Shown one piece after another: positions 8,904-20,900 of a stretch of DNA of 22,566 nucleotides. The DNA is taken from positions 1-22,566 of the forward strand of contig JBFMGU010000173.1 in NCBI GenBank assembly GCA_040752415.1, in the 5' to 3' direction. This DNA comes from Myxococcota bacterium. Lineage in GTDB: Bacteria; Myxococcota; JACRCW01. Every line of letters starts with the position of its first letter. Position 1 is the stretch's first letter. Below the pieces are notes generated by a model, which saw nothing but the letters and a program-made list of their open reading frames with translations, did no database searches and was not told the DNA's origin. The translations under genes and the position numbers were made by a program.

Positions 8904-9331
8904 ACAGGCACGGTTGTACCGAGGACCGCTTGAGCCGGGCTCGTCGTCACCCCGCTGACGACCAGGATCTCCTCGCGGATCTCGTCAGGGCGCTGAAGGG
9001 CGCGCTCTCCGCGCGAGCACCACGGGTAAGACCAAGCGGCTGCGTCAGAACAAGATGCGCAGTGGGATTGCAGACGTCGTGAGCGGACCACGACCTGGAG
9101 TGCGGCGGGCCCTCGCCGCCCTGGCCAGCGCCGAGCGCGTTCATAACGGGCCGAACAGCCCTGGGGCTCACTGACGTCGGGCGAGGCGTTGTCTCGTGGC
9201 GCGTGGAGCCTTGACGGTTGTCCAAACCGCTCGACGCTGACCAGGGCGGCGAGGGCCCGCCGCACTCCAGGTCGTGGTCCACTGGAGGCGATCAGGACCA
9301 GATGGGCAACTTAACTCTCTCGTGCGACACG
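8904..9331. mobile_element. Putative small non-autonomous insertion or island remnant (428 bp) between 52-bp direct repeats
   Basis: Flanked by the duplicated junction of two convergent genes. No recognisable protein; contains a long inverted repeat. Mobility is inferred only. Confidence 0.55.
9082..9283. repeat. Long inverted repeat: arms 9082..9137 and 9228..9283 (56 bp, 3 mismatches; perfect 40-bp core 9085..9124 / 9241..9280), 90-nt spacer
   Basis: ggaccacgacctggagtgcggcgggccctcgccgccctgg is the exact reverse complement of ccagggcggcgagggcccgccgcactccaggtcgtggtcc. Confidence 0.97.
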
Positions 9332-9383
9332 CCGTGACTCAACCCGCGCTGCGACCGGGCTTGCGGGCCAATCCCTCGTCGGG
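9332..9383. repeat. 52-bp direct repeat, right copy (the functional 3' end of the hydrolase gene)
   Basis: ccgtgactcaacccgcgctgcgaccGggcttgcgggccaatccctcgtcggg; encodes PDEGLARKPGRSAG-stop on the minus strand. Confidence 0.97.
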
Positions 9384-10226
9384 CGGGAAGCGCGACTGGA
9401 TGCGTCGCACCTCCGCCACCGTGGGCGGTCGGTGCCGGGTGAGCTCACTCTGGATGATCGCAAACACGCGACGGGACACCAGCAGGCTGGAGTGGCCCAC
9501 GCCGTTGATGACGTAGTTGTGCACCATGCCGGGCGCGCCCGCGTCGGTGGGGACGCGACAGAGAAACGCCGGCGCAATGGTGTCCAGGCTCCCCGCCACC
9601 GAGACCATGCGCACGTGCGGCGGCAGCTTCCGCTTGCGCATCTGGCGCAGGAACGTGCTGAGCGGCACCAGGTCCCAGACGGTCTTGGAGAACGCGCCAA
9701 TGGCAAAGATGCCCAGCAGCGCCAGCGGCGCCCCGGAGAACGGTGAGCCCAGCGAGATCACCGTGCGCACCCGGCTACCAATGGGCGTCGACGACGCCAG
9801 GTAACGCGCCATCAGCCCGCCCTTGCTGTGCCCGATGATGTCAAACTCCTTGACATTGTGACGCTGGCACAGGCGCTCCAGCTTCTCGCTCAGCCGCGCG
9901 GCCTCCGCCTCCATGCTGTGCTTGCCAAAGGCGCCGCCCAGCCCGGGAAGGTGGAAGCTCATCACCGCCACGCCCAGGTTGTTGCGCAGGCGTCGCTCCA
10001 GCACGTGCAGGATGCGACGCGGAGCACCAAAGCCATGCAGCAGCACCACCGGCCTGCCCTGCCCCACGCCAAAGTCATGACGACGGACGGGCTGCCACAC
10101 CTCCCCCAGCTCCCCCACCGCCTCCAGGCACATGCTGACAAATCGGGCAACACGGTGCGCGCCCCGACGTCTCAGGGCCATGGCGCGACGCCTCCACGGG
10201 ATGTTGGTGCGGGTTGTGAGCTTCAC
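9339..10226 (-). CDS. Alpha/beta-fold hydrolase (lipase/esterase, PGAP1/lipase-2-like)
   Basis: Oxyanion motif VVLLHGF, nucleophile elbow IIGHSKGG, VISLGSP, candidate Asp in GSLDTIAP and His in GVGHSSLL. GTG start overlaps the upstream stop (GTGA) with GAGG ahead of it. Confidence 0.88.
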   Translation of the reverse strand: MKLTTRTNIPWRRRAMALRRRGAHRVARFVSMCLEAVGELGEVWQPVRRHDFGVGQGRPVVLLHGFGAPRRILHVLERRLRNNLGVAVMSFHLPGLGGAFGKHSMEAEAARLSEKLERLCQRHNVKEFDIIGHSKGGLMARYLASSTPIGSRVRTVISLGSPFSGAPLALLGIFAIGAFSKTVWDLVPLSTFLRQMRKRKLPPHVRMVSVAGSLDTIAPAFLCRVPTDAGAPGMVHNYVINGVGHSSLLVSRRVFAIIQSELTRHRPPTVAEVRRIQSRFPPDEGLARKPGRSAG

Positions 10227-11215
10227 CTTGCAACCTCGACTGTCCAGCCCCCGACCTTCATGCCCCTCCGTCTCATGCGGTCCAGCAAATCATTGGCGGT
10301 GCTTTCCACGTAGCGTCGCACCGTCTCATCCGGCGCCACGAACAGCGCTTGCAGCCCCGCCGCCTCGAAGCGCAGCTTGCACACCAACCCGCGCAACACC
10401 TCCTCCTTGAAGATGAGGTGCATCTCCATCACACCCTTGTCATCACGACCCACCGCGGCCAGATCCAGCATGTCCTCCATGAGGGACGTGCCGGTGGCCT
10501 CGGGCGCGGGGGCGCGGGTACGTCGGGAGGGAGCGTGCGCGGGCGCGAACGAGGGACTCTCCCCCAGACCCGCCCAGGCAAAGGCGCGCGGGTAGCGTCG
10601 GGCGCCGTCATCCTGCTTCACCGGTCGACGAGGGGGCGCGGGCCGCACTTCCATGACCGGCGGCATGGACGGCATCACCGGCGGCGTCTCCACGACGGGC
10701 GTGACGGGCGCGGCCGCGGGTGGCGGCGGAGGCTCCAGCGTTTCCGGAAGCTGCGCCTCGACGGGAGGGGCCGGGTCGGGAGGCGGAGGCTCCGACGAGA
10801 AGCTGGGCGGCGGGGGCGGCGGCTCCAGGAACGCGGGCGGCTCCAGCACCGGCTCCACGTCGACGTCCCAGTGCGCGTCCCGCGCGGCGGGCGTGGGCGA
10901 GGCCAGGGCGTCCGTCGGGGGAGCCGGGTCCACCACGGGCGCCGGGGCGTCCGCGCGCACGCCAAGACGGGCCGCGGCGTCGGGGTCGGTTTCCAGCAGC
11001 AGGCGCTCACTGCCCACCGGCGGGCCGGGAAGCACGGGCTCCAGGTCCAGCGCAAACCCCACCGTGGCGCGCGCGGCCAGATCCTCGGGCGTCAGCTCCT
11101 CCGGCGCATCCAGCGACAGCGTCAGCCCACCCAGACCGGCGGGCTTCATCACCGGCTCCACGTCCACCCGGGACAGATCCGCGCCGGGCGCCTTGGGTCG
11201 CTGGGACTGGCTCAC
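10223..11215 (-). CDS. Pro/Ala/Glu-rich protein with a C-terminal FliK/SctP (hook-length control)-like domain
   Basis: Likely GTG start at 11215 (preceded by AGGGA; 330 aa). Long low-complexity region, then an 85-aa globular tail EMHLIFKEEVLRGLVCKLRFEAAGLQALFVAPDETVRRYVESTANDLLDRMRRRGMKVGGWTVE matching the beta-beta-beta-alpha-beta pattern of FliK_C by eye. Confidence 0.6.
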   Translation of the reverse strand: MSQSQRPKAPGADLSRVDVEPVMKPAGLGGLTLSLDAPEELTPEDLAARATVGFALDLEPVLPGPPVGSERLLLETDPDAAARLGVRADAPAPVVDPAPPTDALASPTPAARDAHWDVDVEPVLEPPAFLEPPPPPPSFSSEPPPPDPAPPVEAQLPETLEPPPPPAAAPVTPVVETPPVMPSMPPVMEVRPAPPRRPVKQDDGARRYPRAFAWAGLGESPSFAPAHAPSRRTRAPAPEATGTSLMEDMLDLAAVGRDDKGVMEMHLIFKEEVLRGLVCKLRFEAAGLQALFVAPDETVRRYVESTANDLLDRMRRRGMKVGGWTVEVAR

Positions 11216-11478
11216 GTCCCTGTTCTTAACCCGGATTGGCGCCGCCGTCCTCGTTTCCCCCACCGTCCGTGCGGCGCTGTACCTGACTTTGACGCGGCCT
11301 CGTCCTGCCGCCCGTGGGGACGCCCGTCCACGGGGTGGATGTCCCAGGTGGTGCCGTCGCTTGAGGCCACCGGAAAAACGGCTTGGCGGCGGAGCACCTT
11401 GAAGGCATGCTGCCCGACCCCTCAACGGGAGCCATCAGCACGACCCGCAGCCCAGGCGTGCCCTTGGGAGTCCAGAAC

Positions 11479-13602
11479 ATGGCGTTGACTCAGGAAGCGT
11501 TCCTCAACCAGCTCTATCGAATCGCCAACAACCTGTGGTGGACGTGGAACCCCGACGCGCAGGAGCTCTTCGAGCGCATTGACAAGGCGCGCTGGCGCGC
11601 GGTGAAGCACAACCCCATTGCGCTGCTGCGCCAGGTTCCCCCCGAGCACATGAAGCGCCTGGCCGACCAGCCGGAGATGCTGGCGGCGCTGGACAAGGTC
11701 TCCACGCGGCTCAACGACTACCTGAGCGACAAGAAGACGCGCGTGGCCACCGACTACCCGCAGCTCGCCGACAAGGGCATTGGCTACTTCTCGGCGGAGG
11801 TGGGCCTGCATGAGAGCCTGCCCATCTACGCGGGCGGCCTGGGCGTGCTGGCCGGCGACCACATCAAGAGCGCCTCCGACGTGGGACTGCCGCTGTTTGG
11901 CATGACGCTGCTGTACCGGGAGGGCTACTTCCAGCAGCACATTGACAGCGCCTGGCAACGTGAGCGGTACCCGCGGCTCGACGTGGACCAGTTCCCCGGC
12001 CAGCTGGTGCGCAACCCGGACAACAGCCCTGTGGAGGTGGTGGTCGACGTGGGTCGCCGGCCGGTGCGGCTGCACATCTACCGCGTGAACGTGGGCCGCG
12101 TGCCCCTGTTCTTGCTGGACAGCGACGTGCCGGCCAACGACCACGCCGCGCGGCGCCTGTGCGCCCGCCTCTACGGCGGCGACGATCACACGCGCATTGC
12201 ACAGGAGATGATCCTGGGCATTGGCGGCGTGCGCGCGCTCCGCGCCATGGGGATCAAGCCGGCGGTGTGGCACATGAATGAAGGCCACTGCGCGTTCCTG
12301 GCGTTGGAGCTGGCGCGCGAGCGCATGGTGCAGGAGGGCATCAAGTTCGAGCAGGCGCACCGCTGGGTGAAGGAGCGCTGCCTGTTCACCACGCACACGC
12401 CCGTGCAGGCGGGTCATGATCGTTTCTCGGCGGAGATCCTGGAGGACTACCTGGCCGTGATGCGCCACGACCTGGGCTTGAGCCCCACGGAGTTCCAGGC
12501 GCTGGGCAAGCTGGACCCCAAGAGCCAGCACGAGCGCTACTGCATGACGGTGGTGGCCTTGAAGAGCAGCAAGCACACCAACGCGGTGAGTGAGCTGCAC
12601 GGCAAGGTGAGCCGCACCATGTGGCGCGACCTGTGGCCCAGCCTCCGTGAGGACGACGTGCCGATTGGCCACGTCACCAACGGCATCCACGTGCCCACGT
12701 GGACGGCGCCACGCGCGCGCAAGCTGCTGGACCAGGCACTGGGCGCGGAGTGGTGGAAGCGCCAGGATGACCCGGAGACGTTCAAGAAGCTGGACGCCCT
12801 CCCCGACGACGCGCTGTGGAGCATGCGCAACCAGCTGCGTCGCGAGTGCATTGAGGAGCTGCGCCAGCGCCTGGCCAACATCCTGCTGTACCGCGGTGAA
12901 GGCGACAGTGCGGTGAGCGAGGCGGCCACCATGCTGGACCCGGGCGCGCTCACCATCGGCTTCGCGCGGCGGTTCGCCACCTACAAGCGCGCGGCGCTGC
13001 TGTTCAGCGACATCTCCGCCGCGACGAGGATCTTTGGCGATCCGTCCCGCCCGGTGCAGGTGATCTTCGCCGGCAAGGCGCACCCCAAGGACGACGCGGG
13101 CAAGCACGAGATGCAGCGCGTGCTGCACGTGGCGGAGGACGGGCGCTTCAAGGGCAAGGTCATCTTCATGGATGACTACGACATGGAGCTGGCGCGCCTG
13201 ATGGTGCGTGGCGTCGACGTGTGGCTGAACAACCCGCGTCGTCCGCGTGAGGCCTCCGGCACTTCCGGCCAGAAGGTGGTGGCGCACGGCACGCTCAACT
13301 GCTCCATCCTGGACGGCTGGTGGGCCGAGGCCACCGACGGAACCAACGGCTTCAACATCGGCGACAGCCGCGAGGTCCAGGACCCCATTGAGCAGGACCG
13401 CCTGGACGCGGGCGCGCTGTACCACACGCTGATCACGCAGGTGATCCCGGAGTTCTTCGACCGCGACGAGAAGGGCATCCCGCGCAAGTGGGTGGCGCGC
13501 ATGCGCTCGTCCATGAAGACCAACCTGCCGCGCTACAACACCGACCGCATGGTCCTGGACTACGTGAAGCAGTTCTACCTGCCCCTCTCGCAGGAAGGCT
13601 GA
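11479..13602 (+). CDS. glgP: Alpha-glucan (glycogen/starch) phosphorylase, GT35
   Basis: NLWWTW, YFSAEVG, YAGGLGVLAGDHIKSASD, HMNEGH, FTTHTPV, GFARRFATYKR, FAGKAHP and PLP-lysine motif EASGTSGQK. ATG 11479 with GGGAG upstream (707 aa). Confidence 0.95.
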   Translation: MALTQEAFLNQLYRIANNLWWTWNPDAQELFERIDKARWRAVKHNPIALLRQVPPEHMKRLADQPEMLAALDKVSTRLNDYLSDKKTRVATDYPQLADKGIGYFSAEVGLHESLPIYAGGLGVLAGDHIKSASDVGLPLFGMTLLYREGYFQQHIDSAWQRERYPRLDVDQFPGQLVRNPDNSPVEVVVDVGRRPVRLHIYRVNVGRVPLFLLDSDVPANDHAARRLCARLYGGDDHTRIAQEMILGIGGVRALRAMGIKPAVWHMNEGHCAFLALELARERMVQEGIKFEQAHRWVKERCLFTTHTPVQAGHDRFSAEILEDYLAVMRHDLGLSPTEFQALGKLDPKSQHERYCMTVVALKSSKHTNAVSELHGKVSRTMWRDLWPSLREDDVPIGHVTNGIHVPTWTAPRARKLLDQALGAEWWKRQDDPETFKKLDALPDDALWSMRNQLRRECIEELRQRLANILLYRGEGDSAVSEAATMLDPGALTIGFARRFATYKRAALLFSDISAATRIFGDPSRPVQVIFAGKAHPKDDAGKHEMQRVLHVAEDGRFKGKVIFMDDYDMELARLMVRGVDVWLNNPRRPREASGTSGQKVVAHGTLNCSILDGWWAEATDGTNGFNIGDSREVQDPIEQDRLDAGALYHTLITQVIPEFFDRDEKGIPRKWVARMRSSMKTNLPRYNTDRMVLDYVKQFYLPLSQEG

Positions 13603-13837
13603 CCCGCTCCACGTTGCGCCCATCCCCAACTGAAGCAACGCGGGACACCTCGAGGTCTCGTCGGGGCTCGTGCGCCCTTCGCACAACCCAACCGCCTTCG
13701 CGAACGGTCGCGCCCGTCCGTCTCGTCGGAGGGTGGGCCGTGGGATTCGCAGCGCTTCGTCGAATTTCGGTGACCGACGTCGGGGGGCGCTGATAGGGAC
13801 CGGCGCGCAACACCAACAACCGTTTCGAGGCATCTTG

Positions 13838-17830
<3,993 letters not shown>

Positions 17831-17841
17831 CCCGGTTCCGA

Positions 17842-17880
17842 CCCGGCGCTCCCGTCGCCATCCTCCGCGGGAGCACCGGG
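17842..17880. terminator. GC-rich hairpin after the Cys-rich lipoprotein gene (possible terminator or mRNA stabiliser)
   Basis: cccggcgctcccg (17842..17854) pairs with cgggagcaccggg (17868..17880), 12/13 bp. No U-tract. Confidence 0.3.
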
Positions 17881-17975
17881 CCTTCCTCCCCCTGAAAACC
17901 TGATCAGCAAATCCGTTCCACGACGGATGCGGGGGCTTTGCTCTGTGCGTTTCCGTCGGGCAGGATGACGGAGCC

Positions 17976-20900
17976 ATGCCGCCCATCACCCGCCTGCCAG
18001 GTGGCACCAGCCCGTCCCCCACGGCGGAGGGCCGGACCGCGCCGGGGCTGCCCAACACCACGACCGTGTCGCGTCCGGGTGCCGCGCCCGACGTCACCAC
18101 GGGTGTGCGCCAGCCCACCGAGCCGGCGGGAGACCCGGTGGCCGACGTCATGGAGCGGGGGCGTCGTCCCACGGGTCCGGAGATCCCGGTCCCGGCGGTG
18201 AACCGGACCTTCACCCTGGGAACGCGCGCGCTGGACGTGCGGCTGGATCCCACCGGCGCCATGGTGCGCGGAACGGTGCCCGGCGCACCGGGGACCACCA
18301 CGACGGCGGCGGCGGGTGTGGACTCGAACGCGGCCGCCGTGGCCGTGGGGCGGACCACCGACGTGCAGGACGGTCGGAACAGCTTTGTCCGCAACTCCGT
18401 GCTCAACGTCCGTCTCGACGCCAACGGCCTGGTCTCCGGCAACGCGGGCACCGCCGGTCGGGCTGTCACCGTCGACGAGCGGGGCACCACGCGCACCACC
18501 GGACACACCGTGGAGGTCCGCACCGACGGGACCACGGTGGGCGCCACGGTGGGTGGGACGGTGGAGCGTCGCACCGCCGAGGGCGAGGAGGACCTGCACG
18601 ACGGCGTGCTCGAGGGGACGCTGACGCCCGACGGTGGCGCCGTGAACGGCCGGGGACGCATCTATCGCAGCAGCGTGAGCGGTACCCTCGACGCCAACGG
18701 TGAGCTGCACGTCACCACGGACCGCACCGGCGTGCGCGGTACGGCCAGCACCACGGTGGACCGCACCCGCGGCAACGTGCGCACGCGCGACGAGGTCACC
18801 GTCAACGTGGCGGTCGACGGCAACGGACCACAGGGTGCGGGGACACTGCGTCGCACGACCGTGCTCAGCCGCGGGACCGAGGTGGTCACCACCACCCACG
18901 GCGTCACGGGCCGGGCAGGCACGGGCGTCGTGGAAGGAGAGTTCAACACGCTGCGCGCGGTGGAGGATGCAGCGGCGGGTCGTCGTCGGGAGGTGGCGGG
19001 GAGCCTGCGCGCTGGGCTGGGCCAGGACGGACCGGAGGTGCACGCACGCGGCCGCCTGGCAAACACCGGCATGGTGAACGGACGCACGCGGGACACGTCG
19101 GTGGAGGCCCACGTCGACGTGGTGGGCGGGGCGGTGGATGCCACCCTCAACGGCGTGGTTTCCGACGGCGCGGCCACCATGAACGCGTGGAACGTCACCG
19201 CGGACCTCAACGGGCACGTGGGCCCCGACGGAACCCGCGGCAACGCCACCGTGGGAGGAACCCGGCGCACCACCGACGAGCCGAACAACTTCCACCGCGT
19301 GACCTCCGTGACCGCCCGTGCCGAGGTGGATCCCCAAACCGGTGCCGCGCGCCTGGAGGTGCTGGACGAGGGGAAACGGGGCACCGGCGCGGACCTCCAC
19401 ACCTGGCGCTTCAACGGTGTCGGGACGGTGCGGGGCGACGGGATCGAAGCTTCCGTGGTGGGCGCGTGCTCCGTGGGAGAGGCCGGCACCAGCGGATGGA
19501 ACGGCTCCATTGACGCGCTGCTCAGCAACACCCACGGCGTCACCACGGGCCGGGTGACTGCTTCCGGGTCGGTGCGAACCGTCAACACCGACACCAACTT
19601 CCGCAATGAGCTCAGCGGGAGCGTGGTCTCCGAGATCAGCGCCAACACCAGCGTCATCAACGTCACCGCCACCGACGAGGGCTCCCACGGCACCGGCGCG
19701 GATCGGCTCGGCTGGCGCGCGCACGGCAACACGGAGCTGCGCGACAGCGGCTTCACCGCCGGCCTCTCCGTCTCCGGCACCGTGGGCGACGAGTCCACCG
19801 GCGGTTACGGCGCGGGCATCGACGCGGTGCTGACCAACGACAACGGCACGACCGCAGGACGCGTGACGGTTGGCGCAGACCACCGGAGCGTGGGACTTGA
19901 CGTCGTCACCAACACGCACGTGGAAGCCACCACCACGGGGAACCTGCCCTCCGTCACGCTGGAGCGTTCGGTGGAGAACCTGGGCAGCGGGCTCTCGTCG
20001 GTGGTGAGCGGGACGGTGGACGCCGACGCCGGCACCGCGCGCCTCACCGTGGGCTCCCGCGACGCCTCCAGCGACGTGGTGGTGGACCGCACCGTGACGG
20101 TGGAGGTGAACGCGCCCACGCGGGGCGGCAGCGTGAGCGTGGGAACCAGCGTCACCGCCGACGGCGTCACCCACGAGACCCACACCCGCGTGGAGGCCAG
20201 CGTGCCACCGGAGGGCTCCGTCACCACCGCGCTGGGCCGTGAGGTGGTGCACCGCTCCGACGAGGGCGTGGCGCGTCGTGGCGGTCGCGTGGAATGGACC
20301 GGTGTGGGCGTGCGCTTCGAGGCCGGGCACGAGGACGCCAACAATCCGCGCAACGGCACCGCCCGCCTGGCCGCCCGTGGCGAGATTGCCCACAGCCACC
20401 TGGACGTCCGCGTGGACCGTTTCCGCGGGCAACCCGACGGAACCTCCAAGGGCCTCACCGCGCACGGAGTGGTGAACACCGAGGGCGTCAGCGGCTCCTA
20501 CGGCACAGCACGCACCGACGCCACGGGAACCACCGAGCACAGCGTGGTGATGGGCGCGGGCCAAGGCATGGTGCGCGTGGGCGGCGCGTTCAACCACACC
20601 CGCCCCGACGGAACCGCGAACGGGCTCGACGGGCGCGTGGGCTTTGGTGACCGTCGCCTGGACGCCATCCTCACGAGCACGCGGGAGTGGGACGGGAAGC
20701 TGGGGCGGCTGGCCGTCTCCGTGGCGGGCCATGTCCACGTCTCCAACGAGGTGGAAGACCTGGGCGCCGTGAGCGACGTGCCCGCGCTGGCCGGGAAGCA
20801 CCGCGTGGTCATCAAGGGCACGCGCTCCGTCGACGGCGCTGCCAGCGTGGGGCTGCGCGTGGGCATCGTGGCGGCGGGAATCAGCGGCCGGGGTGGTCGC

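Noticed and set aside
9138..9227. Integron attC site (TCATAAC near 9141)
   Set aside because: No matching GTTRRRY box at a complementary position, no L-box pairing seen, and no cassette ORF or integrase.
5861..9265. 1134-aa minus-strand ORF
   Set aside because: Antisense shadow of the kinase and rhomboid genes caused by high-GC codon bias; no motifs.
8947..9282. 111-aa minus-strand ORF inside the insert
   Set aside because: Spans both arms of the inverted repeat, low-complexity translation, no recognisable motif.
8852..9383. CRISPR array or DGR template/variable repeat pair
   Set aside because: Only two copies with a 428-bp spacer and no cas genes. No RT is present, and the single mismatch is T/C in the hydrolase coding sense, not adenine-specific.
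10160..10226. Tat signal in the hydrolase N-terminus (WRRR, LRRR)
   Set aside because: No S/T-R-R-x-F-L consensus and no following hydrophobic h-region.
11216..11478. Sigma70 or sigma54 promoter in the divergent region before glgP
   Set aside because: TTGACG at about 11289 has no properly spaced -10, and no GG-N10-GC sigma54 consensus was convincing.
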